In this document: in pieces, positions 30,942 through 40,800 of the stretch
Layout of the letters: each line of letters begins with the position of its first letter
Position numbering within the stretch: position 1 is the stretch's first letter
NCBI GenBank assembly: GCA_030141605.1
Contig: JAQGDQ010000216.1
Span: forward strand, 62,001 to 126,000
Direction of reading: 5' to 3'
DNA: 64,000 bases
Origin: Tubiluchus corallicola
Lineage: Eukaryota; Animalia; Priapulida
Notes under the pieces: model-generated
Told to the model about the DNA's origin: nothing
Database searches by the model: none
The model's input: the letters and a program-made list of their open reading frames with translations, nothing else
Position numbers and translations under genes: made by a program

Positions 30942-33590
30942 ATGAATATTTCAGCTAAGTATAGTCATGCCGATATCGAAGACAAATGGTATAGCTACTG
31001 GATAGAGAATAACTTTTTCCGTTCCGAGCCGGACGGGCGGGAGCCATATACCATTGTGATACCACCGCCCAATGTGACAGGAGTGCTGCATATGGGGCAC
31101 ATGTTGAATAATACCATACAGGATGTTTTGGTGAGGCGTGCCCGGATGTTGGGAAAAAATGCCTGCTGGGTACCCGGAACCGACCATGCCTCTATTGCTA
31201 CAGAGGCTAAGGTGGTTGACAGGCTGGCAAAAAAGGGGATAAAGAAAGATGATCTCTCCCGTGAGGAGTTTATCGAGCATGCCTGGGAGTGGACTCGTGA
31301 GCATGGAGGTATTATACTTGAGCAGCTTAAGAAACTTGGTGCGTCATGTGACTGGGAGCGTACTTGCTTTACTATGGATAAGGCCAGGTCGGAGTCTGTG
31401 ATTAAAGCTTTTATTGCTCTATACAAAAAGGGGAAGGTTTATCGCAGAGCAAGAATGATAAACTGGGACCCATCTGCAAAGACCGCTGTGTCTGATGAGG
31501 AGGTGGTGTATAAGGAGGAAAAAAATAGCCTCTATTATATCAGGTATGGGGTAGAGGGCTCGGATAATGACTGGGTAACTGTTGCAACTACCCGTCCGGA
31601 AACCATTCTAGGAGATACAGCAGTTTGTGTGAATCCAGGGGATAAGCGGTTTGCACATCTTATAGGGAAACGGGTGTTAGTGCCTTTGATAAACAGAAGT
31701 GTGCCTGTTATCAAAGATGAGTATGTTGACATGGAGTTTGGTACGGGGTGTCTGAAAATAACCCCCGCACATGACATTAACGATTATGAGATAGGTCTTC
31801 GCCACAACCTTGAGATTATTGATACTTTTAATGATGATGGAACTTTGAGCGAGGAAGCCAGGATACTAGTAGGGGAAGATCGTTTTGATGCCCGCAAAAA
31901 AATTGTACCTATGTTGAAAGAGGCGGGCAATATGGTAAAGGTTGAGGATTATATCAATAAAGTTGGATATTCGGAGCGTACAGACGTAGTGATAGAGCCA
32001 CGGCTGTCAACGCAGTGGTTTCTGAAAATGTCAGAGTTGGCAAAACCTGCTCTTAATAGTGTGGTAAGAGAGGATATCAACTTTTATCCTGGAAAATTTA
32101 AAAATATCTATCGTTACTGGATGGATAATATCAGAGACTGGTGCATATCTCGCCAATTGTGGTGGGGGCACCGTATCCCTGTTTATTACCTGGAGGATGG
32201 CAGCTATGTGGTTGCAGAGAGTAAAGAAGAGGCTGTAAATATTGCAAGAGAGAGCAGGGGGGATGCAACTATTACAGTGGATAGCTTAAGGCAGGACGAA
32301 GATGTGCTTGACACCTGGGCATCTTCGTGGCTGTGGCCTATTTCCGTTTTTGACGGCATTAGTAACCCTGATAATAAAGATATAAAGTATTATTACCCCA
32401 CTAACGATCTGGTAACCGGGCATGATATAATCTTTTTTTGGGTAGCACGCATGATAATGGCGGGTTATGAGTATCGGGAGGCACCCCCGTTCAAAAATGT
32501 CTATTTCACAGGAATGGTTCGTGATAAGGAGCGTCGTAAGATGTCAAAGCAGTTAGGGAACTCACCGGAACCGCTTACTCTTATATCAAAGTATGGCGCT
32601 GACGGTGTTCGTGTTGGGATGCTGTTGTGTGCACCGGCTGGTGGTGATTTGCTTTTTGAAGAGAGCTTGACTGAGCAAGGGCGCAATTTTTCTTCTAAAG
32701 TGTGGAACTCGTTTAGGCTGGTAAGTGGGTGGAAGGTGGATAGTAGTATTGAGCAACCGGAGTATGCACGTCAGGGGCTTGACTGGTTTTGTGCCAGACT
32801 GAATGAGATAATAGAGTTGATGAATGCGCACTTCTCAAAGTTCAGGATTAGCGATGCCTTAATGGTTATCTACACAGCGATACGTGATGATTTCTCTGGT
32901 TGGTTGCTGGAGGTTGTAAAGCCTGAGTATCAAAAGCCAATAGATATAAAGACACATAGTGAGGTTATCGCGCTGTTTGATAAAATACTGAGGTTGTTGC
33001 ACCCATTTATGCCATTTATATCTGAAGAGATATGGCAGTTGCTACTTGAGAGGGGTAGGGGGGAGTCGATAATGGTTGCAGCGTGGCCTAAAGTGATATT
33101 GGCCGACTCTGCTTTGCCTGAGAGGTTTGAGAGTGTAAAGGAGGCTGTATCGGGTTTTCGCACTATCAGGAAAGAGAAAAACATAGCAGGCAAGGAGAAG
33201 TTGCATGTTTCAGTAATACCCGGGGAGAAAGGATATGAGCCGCTGTTTAGTCCGGTACTTTGTAAAATGGCAAATATAGCTGAGCTTAATGTTGTAGATG
33301 GTGGGGTCGAAGGAGCTGTTTCTTTTCGTGTCAAATCTACAGAGTTTTGTGTCTCCCTGAACAGTTCTGTGAGCTTGACAGATGAGATTGTAAAAGTGGA
33401 AGAGGAGTTGAAGTATGCAACAGGCTTTCTCAATTCGGTTATGAAAAAGCTGGGGAATAAGCGTTTTGTAGCCAATGCTCCTGAGAATGTTGTGGAAACA
33501 GAGCAAAAAAAGCAGGCAGACGCAGAGGAGAAGATAAGCCTACTGAAGGATAAGTTGCACAAGTTAAATGACAGAAAAGACAGTGCCTAA
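30942..33590 (+). CDS. valS: Valyl-tRNA synthetase
   Basis: PPPNVTGVLHMGH, ATTRPET, DWCISRQLWWGH, KMSK, C-terminal coiled coil. Confidence 0.98.
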   Translation: MNISAKYSHADIEDKWYSYWIENNFFRSEPDGREPYTIVIPPPNVTGVLHMGHMLNNTIQDVLVRRARMLGKNACWVPGTDHASIATEAKVVDRLAKKGIKKDDLSREEFIEHAWEWTREHGGIILEQLKKLGASCDWERTCFTMDKARSESVIKAFIALYKKGKVYRRARMINWDPSAKTAVSDEEVVYKEEKNSLYYIRYGVEGSDNDWVTVATTRPETILGDTAVCVNPGDKRFAHLIGKRVLVPLINRSVPVIKDEYVDMEFGTGCLKITPAHDINDYEIGLRHNLEIIDTFNDDGTLSEEARILVGEDRFDARKKIVPMLKEAGNMVKVEDYINKVGYSERTDVVIEPRLSTQWFLKMSELAKPALNSVVREDINFYPGKFKNIYRYWMDNIRDWCISRQLWWGHRIPVYYLEDGSYVVAESKEEAVNIARESRGDATITVDSLRQDEDVLDTWASSWLWPISVFDGISNPDNKDIKYYYPTNDLVTGHDIIFFWVARMIMAGYEYREAPPFKNVYFTGMVRDKERRKMSKQLGNSPEPLTLISKYGADGVRVGMLLCAPAGGDLLFEESLTEQGRNFSSKVWNSFRLVSGWKVDSSIEQPEYARQGLDWFCARLNEIIELMNAHFSKFRISDALMVIYTAIRDDFSGWLLEVVKPEYQKPIDIKTHSEVIALFDKILRLLHPFMPFISEEIWQLLLERGRGESIMVAAWPKVILADSALPERFESVKEAVSGFRTIRKEKNIAGKEKLHVSVIPGEKGYEPLFSPVLCKMANIAELNVVDGGVEGAVSFRVKSTEFCVSLNSSVSLTDEIVKVEEELKYATGFLNSVMKKLGNKRFVANAPENVVETEQKKQADAEEKISLLKDKLHKLNDRKDSA

Positions 33591-33604
33591 ACCCTGTTTT
33601 ATTA

Positions 33605-34942
33605 AGCACTATCTCATAAACTGTGTAAATAGAAAATGCCGAGGGTTGCAACCCTCGGCATTTTTTTGTTTAATTTTAAAACTTTAGACAGTAATGAAAA
33701 AAGAAGATTTATTAAATGATGATTTCCTTGAACAGTTTAATTCAGGGGAAGAGCTCAATGGTTTTTTACAAGAGCTCCAAAAACGAGGCATTGAAAAGAT
33801 GCTTGAAGGAGAACTCGATGGTCATTTAGGCTATGATAAGAATCAAAAATCGGATAATCAGAATGCCCGCAATGGCTATTCAGAGAAGAGAGTCCGAACC
33901 ACTCTGGGAGAATCCAACATTCAGGTTCCCCGAGACCGTGATGCTTCGTTTAATCCGATGATTGTACCCAAAGGAGGGAACATGGTCGATGGCTTAGAGA
34001 ATATCATTGTTTCGTTTTATGCTAAAGGAATGAGTAATAGCGATATTGAAGAGCAAATTCGGGAGCTATACGGTTTTGAAGTTTCCACATCCACCATATC
34101 AAGGATTACCGATTCAGTCACCAACGACATTGTAGCGTGGCAGAACCGACCTCTGGAAACTGTATACCTAATTGTTTGGATGGATGGCATTGTATTTAAA
34201 GTGCGGGAGAACTCTAAGGTCGTCAACAAAACCGTTTACATTGCCGTAGGACTTCGCAGAGATGGGAAAAAAGAGGTTCTTGGCTTATGGTTGGGCAAGA
34301 GTGAGTCCGCTGCCTTTTGGATGAACGTACTTACCGATATGAAAGCCCGTGGAGTTAACGATATTCTGATTACGGCAACAGATAACTTGAATGGCTTTAC
34401 AGATACTATCCGAACTGTTTTCCCTGAATCTAAAACACAAATATGTGTTGTTCATCAAATCCGTAACGCAAGCAGATACGTGGTTTGGAAAGATAAAAAG
34501 GCATTTACAAAAGATATGAAGCAAATCTATAACGCCCCTACAAAAGAGGCTGCAAAAGCAGCTTTAGAAGATTTTGCATCAGCTTGGGAGGATAAATACT
34601 CTTACGCAATTAAAAGCTGGCGAGACAACTGGGAAGACCTAACAGTATTCTTTGAGTTTCCGCTGGAAATCAGAAAGATAATTTATACAACCAACCTGAT
34701 TGAGAATCTCAACGGAAAAATCAGAAAATACACAAAAAACAAACTTTCATTCCCGTCAGACCAGGCTGTAATGAAATCTGTATTTTTGGCAACCAGAGAA
34801 GCAACTAAAAAATAGTCAATGCCAATCAGAAACTGGGGCATTGTCTTGAATCAGTTCTTAGTTATATTTGAAAAAAGGGTCCAGCTATAAATAGCCAAAC
34901 CCTCGGTATTTTTTTAGTTTACACACTTTGTGAAACAGTGTC
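33605..34942 (+). mobile_element. IS256-family element, copy 2
   Basis: Same TIRs as copy 1; 8-bp TSD TTTTATTA (33597-33604, 34943-34950). Confidence 0.93.
33694..34890 (+). pseudogene. IS256 transposase with nonsense codon (TGG>TAG, 34813-34815)
   Basis: Near-identical to copy 1, which has TGG at this codon; the last ~25 codons are lost. Confidence 0.85.
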
Positions 34943-35012
34943 TTTTATTATTTTGAATCTGTTTAGTGCCGTACAACAAAGTGAGACAAGATAAGGTTTT
35001 GAGGCAGGAAGT

Positions 35013-36287
35013 TTAGTTTATCAGGCTGCATCCCATGTATGGTATTAGCATCTCCGGCACTTTTATACCCTCTTTTGTTTGGTTATTTTCGAGAAGAGCA
35101 GCAACTATCCGCGGCAGGGCGAGAGCACTGCCGTTTAGTGTGTGAACAGGGTGAGGTTGCTTTTCACCACTATTCCGACAGCGAAGTTTCATACGGTTAG
35201 ACTGGAACTCTTCAAAATTTGAGACAGACGACACTTCAAGCCAGCGTTTTTGTGCTGCGGACCACACCTCAAAGTCGTATGTAAGTGCTGATGTAAAACT
35301 TGTATCGCCACCGCACAAACGTAGTATCCTGTATGGCAGCTCCAGCTTCTCAATAAGTTTCTGTACGTACGTAACCATCTCATCCAGCACGTTATATGAC
35401 TCATCTGGATGGACTACCTGTACTATCTCGACTTTATCAAACTGGTGAAGGCGGTTCAATCCCCGAACATCTTTGCCGTATGAGCCTGCTTCGCGCCGAA
35501 AGCACGCCGAGTATGCACAGTTCTTTATAGGGAGCTCTTTTGCTTCAATGATACTGTTTTTGTAAATATTGGTTACAGGAACTTCTGCTGTAGGAATCAG
35601 ATACAGGTTGTCATCAGTGATGTGATACATCTGCTTATCCTTGTCTGGCAACTGTCCTGTTCCAAAAGCTGACGCCTCATTTACAACATACGGAGGCTGC
35701 ACTTCTACATATCCGTTATCTCGGGCCTGGTCGAGAAAGAAATTCACTAATGCACGCTGAAGCCTTGCTCCATACCCTTTATAGACGGGGAAGCCTGCGC
35801 CGGTTACCTTTACTCCGGCTTCAAAATCTATCAAGTTGTACTTTTCAGCCAGCTCCCAGTGAGGTAACATATCGTTGCACTGTTCAGGGATATCTCCTCC
35901 CGATGAAATGGTGATATTGTCTTTTGCGGTGCCCCCGGTGGGTACCTGCTCTGCGGGTATGTTGGGAAGCTGTAGTTGCAGCTCTTCCAGCCGGGTATCA
36001 ACCAGAGAAAACTCTTTGTCCAAAGCTTTAATAGCTTTTTTCATCTTTGCTGTCTTTGCTCGGGCATTATCAGCTTCATCTCTCTTACCCTGTTTCATAA
36101 GTAAGCCTATGCTTTTAGAGATATTGTTTATATCAGACCTTAGGCTGTCAGATTCACTTTGTAAACGATTCTTTTTTTTACACCCCTCAAGTATTTCCGC
36201 AACAATATCTTTTGCGTCAAATTGTTTAATAGACAGCCTCTCGATAACCAGGTCTGCATTTTCACGTATGAATTTTAAACTTAACAT
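35013..36287 (-). CDS. serS: Seryl-tRNA synthetase
   Basis: LIPTAEVP, FRREAGS, GLNRLHQFDKVE, EVSSVSN, HTLNGS. Confidence 0.98.
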   Translation of the reverse strand: MLSLKFIRENADLVIERLSIKQFDAKDIVAEILEGCKKKNRLQSESDSLRSDINNISKSIGLLMKQGKRDEADNARAKTAKMKKAIKALDKEFSLVDTRLEELQLQLPNIPAEQVPTGGTAKDNITISSGGDIPEQCNDMLPHWELAEKYNLIDFEAGVKVTGAGFPVYKGYGARLQRALVNFFLDQARDNGYVEVQPPYVVNEASAFGTGQLPDKDKQMYHITDDNLYLIPTAEVPVTNIYKNSIIEAKELPIKNCAYSACFRREAGSYGKDVRGLNRLHQFDKVEIVQVVHPDESYNVLDEMVTYVQKLIEKLELPYRILRLCGGDTSFTSALTYDFEVWSAAQKRWLEVSSVSNFEEFQSNRMKLRCRNSGEKQPHPVHTLNGSALALPRIVAALLENNQTKEGIKVPEMLIPYMGCSLIN

Positions 36288-36433
36288 GGCAAGTATTTAT
36301 TTGAGACCTTCCTTGTGAAGGGTTTTGATTAGGGTTTACCCCTTAATATAAATAAAAACTCCCACTCTGTTAGCGTGTAACAAAGCAGGAGGCCTATCAT
36401 AATACTTTAAGTCAATGGTTGCTACATCTTGGT

Positions 36434-36685
36434 TTATGGCTCAACCGACACAAAAGACCTGTTGTTTCTTTTCTTGCGAAAAACAATTGTTCCATTTGCC
36501 AGGGCAAATAGGGTATGGTCTTTCCCAATTCCTACGTTTTTCCCGGGGTGGTGGACTGTGCCTCTCTGGCGAACTATAATATTACCTGCTTTTGCAGCCT
36601 GTCCCCCATAAATTTTTACGCCCAGTCGTTTACTTTCCGATTCACGGCCGTTTTTTGAACTGCCAACTCCTTTTTTATGTGCCAT
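36434..36685 (-). CDS. rpmA: 50S ribosomal protein L27
   Basis: [27 protein letters not shown]. Confidence 0.98.
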   Translation of the reverse strand: MAHKKGVGSSKNGRESESKRLGVKIYGGQAAKAGNIIVRQRGTVHHPGKNVGIGKDHTLFALANGTIVFRKKRNNRSFVSVEP

Positions 36686-36725
36686 AACAGAGCATTATTA
36701 TGTTTTTTACAACCTTGTTTTATGA

Positions 36726-37394
36726 TTATACTTCTTTATCCCCTTTTTTCGGCGTATTCCCTTTAGCAGGTTTAGCCTTTGTTGCGGGAGCTTTTTTTGC
36801 TGCTGTTGCTTTGGGCTTAGCAGCGGTTTTTACCGGTTTACTTTCGCTTTTTTTCCCTTCTGGTGCAGAACTCTTTTTTGTGCTAGCAGCCGCTTTCTTT
36901 GTAGCAGTGGCTTTAGGCTTAACAGCTACTGGCTTCTTTTCTGCCGCTGAAGTTTTGACCATCTTTGCAGTTGTTGTTTTGGATTTTACAGCTACAGCCG
37001 GCTTAGTTTTTGAGACAGTGGCTTTAGGCTTTTCTGTGCTACTCTCTTTTTTTGCACTCTTTTTTGCTCCGGTAGAAGGGACCTTGGCATTCAAATCCGT
37101 AATCTGAATTTGAGTTAAAAACTGACGATGCCCGTTTTTTACCTTGTAGCCTTTACGGCGTTTCTTTTTGAAGACAATAACTTTGTCCCCTTTTAAATGA
37201 GCAATTATTTTAGCAGAAACTGCGGCATTTTTCAGTATCGGCGTGCCTACCTCTACCTTGCCATTATCATCGGTTAGTAGCACTTTATCCAGAATGATCT
37301 CATTATCTTCCGCTTGCTCCAGCCGGTGTACAAAAACCTTTTGGCCTTTCTCAACTTTAAATTGCTGCCCTGCAATTTCAACAATAGCGTACAT
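36726..37394 (-). CDS. rplU: 50S ribosomal protein L21 with ~120-aa Lys/Ala/Thr/Pro-rich C-terminal extension
   Basis: MYAIVEIAGQQFKV, FKKKRRKGY...GHRQ, then a low-complexity tail. Confidence 0.96.
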   Translation of the reverse strand: MYAIVEIAGQQFKVEKGQKVFVHRLEQAEDNEIILDKVLLTDDNGKVEVGTPILKNAAVSAKIIAHLKGDKVIVFKKKRRKGYKVKNGHRQFLTQIQITDLNAKVPSTGAKKSAKKESSTEKPKATVSKTKPAVAVKSKTTTAKMVKTSAAEKKPVAVKPKATATKKAAASTKKSSAPEGKKSESKPVKTAAKPKATAAKKAPATKAKPAKGNTPKKGDKEV

Positions 37395-37652
37395 CTAATT
37401 ATGTTATAAAGTTCTATCCGGAAGGCGGGAGTCGCCCAAAACGCAACCCCTCTTTGACAAAATAGCCAACACGAATTTCATAATCTGGATGCAAAGATAT
37501 ACAATCTTGTAATGATTCCCAACGACTAATCATATAAAATTTCAACAGAGAAAAGGTTCTCTGCTTTTTACCATAACACATCTACTCAAATCATATTTAA
37601 CTGCTCATCAAAACAGAGGTGTTAACAGTATGGTGGCTATGAACTATTTATT

Positions 37653-37791
37653 GAACCCTGTGCAACCACTTTTATTAAATTAATGCTTTTGTCAAAATCC
37701 TCTTTAACCCTTTATTTATTGGAGTAAATTGTGACTTTTCATTGAGTTTTTTCTCAGTATGAAGCAAAGTCTTTTGTCATGTAAAAACATC
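37653..37791. mobile_element. Decayed IS5-type MITE copy
   Basis: GAACCCTGTGCAA; internal TTTTGTCAAAATCC...AGTAAATTG...TTTTCATTGAGTTTTTTCTCA shared with 44963-45090. Confidence 0.5.
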
Positions 37792-37857
37792 ACTCCATAA
37801 AAAAAGGAGTTGTAAGACCCCTTTTCTTAGATTAATTTTCTTCTGCCTGCTCTCCTT

Positions 37858-40800
37858 CTATTGTCCGCCTAAGCCTCGCAGGGATGGATAGCCGTCATTG
37901 CTGGAGTCTATCTTCCATGTGTTTGTGAAGTCCCAGTTAATAAACGTATTCTGGTCTTTCATCTCAGCTGTGGTTTTACCAAATGAATTATTAGAGCCTG
38001 AGGAAGAGGATTTATTGGTAGACTCTTTATCCCAATAGCTTCTTTCTATACTGAAACTACCGTAAGTTGCTCCTACCAACCCGCCACCATTTTGGCTACA
38101 GTTGATTTCCCCTGTGGCGTAGCACTCTACTATGATAGTGCTATGGGCATAACCGGCAATACCGCCTCCATTAGTGTTGGTTGCGACAACAGCTCCCCTA
38201 GCATAGCAATTTCTTAATGTATCTCTACCGCTACTACCGGAGGAGAATCCCATGATACCACCCAGATGATAACTGCCTGTTAAATCTACATTAGTATAAC
38301 AATTAGTTACTGTACTACCTCCTTTAGACCAGCCGATTATTCCTCCTGTGTAGACTCCTTCTATAGTTCCAAGAACATAGCTATTACTTATATTGACACC
38401 TTCACTCCTTCCAACAAGCCCGCCGGCTTGTCCCTGTTTCCCCTCTATATTCCCTATAAAATAGCAATTACTTATATTGGCACTTTCACTTCTTCCAACA
38501 ATTCCGCCGACTTGGGAATCGCTCCCCTCTATATCCCCTATAACATAGCAGTTGTCTATATTTACGCCCTTGGCAAGCCCTACAATGCCTCCTACACTAG
38601 CTTTACCTTTTATTATGCCGCCTATTTCTATGCCTACATTTTGTATCAACGTATTACTATTTTCTACAGTTCTAAATAAACCCACTCCGGTTGCGTTACG
38701 ATTGGCATAAAACTTGATGATCTTATGGCCTTGCCCGTTAAAGTTTCCTGTAAAAACCCCCACGGCTTTGAACCCTGTTGTCGGAAGTCCATCATTTCCG
38801 GGATCAGGGAAGGTTATATCATTTTCCACTGTGTAGTCGCCGGCTACATCATGCTCCATCCCCTGCAAGTCCTGCCATGTTTTTATCATGTACTGCTCCT
38901 TGGGAATGTTGGTATGAGTAGCACTTCGCTCTGCCACTCCTGCTGTAGAAAGCCTTAACTCTATAGACAGGTTTTTGTCGCTACCTATACCCTTCCAGTC
39001 ATCTAAAGCCATAGTGTTATTGATTACTCCTTCACCTCCTGTTACTGTAACCGTTCCTGTGATTTCTGTATTTCCCTCTATGGACAAGCCGTAGCTCCAA
39101 GCTCCATCTATCAGGTTGCTTATCTCAAAAAGATTAGTCTTTTTGAAATCACCAGCACCCACTCTGTTTTCATTGTTGTAGCTAACTGCTTCAAGTGTTG
39201 GCTTATTGGTTATTGTAACTGTGTATGTTTTTGAGTTATCTCCGTCTTGTGATGTTACAGTGTAATCCACAGGAGATGTAAAGTCCTGCAGGTCAGTTTT
39301 TAGCGGATTCACAGTAGCTTCTTCAGAGATCTCTAAAACAGACGGAGCTATACCACTTAAGTTTGTCCCATATACTTCAACCTCTCCCGTAATCGTGCTC
39401 GCATCTTGATCAATACTTATGTTTTTTACTCCATTAATACCAAAGTCTGTGATTAGCGCCTCTGAGTTAAGCTCTATCTCTACTGTAACAGTATAGTCCT
39501 CAGTAACAGTGTACACCACATTGTTTGTAAAGTTCACTTGCTCCTCGTTCCCAGGAGAAACAGATGCATTGTCCGAAATAACAATAGTTGGAATAAGTGC
39601 CGTTACATCTGTTCCGTAAGGTACAGCAAGCGATACCGTTTTATCAGTTTCATTTACAACACCGAATACATCTGGGAATGGATTGTTTGCATCGAGGAAA
39701 TCGAAACTTTTAATCTCTTTCTCAGTGCTTTCACCTTCAATAACTGTTACAGTATATTGCTGTGTATCTCCATTTTGGGCAGTAACAGTATACACTACAT
39801 TACCAGTGAAGTTTACTGTTTCGCCGTTGTCAGGAGAAACAGATGCATTGTCCGAAATAACAATAGTTGGAATAAGTGCCGTTACATCTGTTCCGTAAGG
39901 TACAGTTAGTGACACCGTTTTATCAGTTTCATTTACAACACCAAATACATCTGGGAATGGATTGTTTGCATCGAGGAAATCGAAACTTTTAATCTCTTTC
40001 TCAGTGCTTTCATCTTCAATAACTGTTACAGTATATTGCTGTGTATCTCCATTTTGGGCAGTAACAGTGTACACCACATTGTTTGTAAAGTTCACTTGCT
40101 CCTCGTTCCCAGGAGAAACAGATGCATTGTCCGAAATAACAATAGTTGGAATAAGTGCCGTTACATCTGTTCCGTAAGGCACAGTAAGTGATACTGTTTT
40201 AGCAGCTTCATTTACAACACCGAATACATCTGGGAATGGATTGTTTGCATCGAGAAAATCGAAGCTTTTAATCTCTTTCTCAGTGCCTTCACCTTCAATA
40301 ACTGTTACAGTATATTGCTGTGTATCTCCATTTTGGGCAGTAACAGTGTACACCACATTGTTTGTAAAGTTCACTTGCTCCTCGTTCCCAGGAGAAACAG
40401 ATGCATTGTCCGAAATAACAATAGTTGGAATAAGTGCCGTTACATTTGTTCCGTAAGGTACAGTTAGTGACACCGTTTTATCAGTTTCATTTACAACACC
40501 AAATACATCTGGGAATGGATTGTTTGCATCGAGGAAATCGAAACTTTTAATCTTTTTCTCAGTGCTTTCACCTTCAATAACTGTTACAGTATATTGCTGT
40601 GTATCTCCATTTTGGGCAGTAACAGTATACACTACATTACCAGTGAAGTTTACTGTTTCGCCGTTGTCAGGAGAAACAGATGCATTGTCCGAAATAACAA
40701 TAGTTGGAATAAGTGCCGTTACATTTGTTCCGTAAGGTACAGCAAGCGATACCGTTTTAGCAGCTTCATTTACATCACCAAATACATTTGCGAACGGGTT

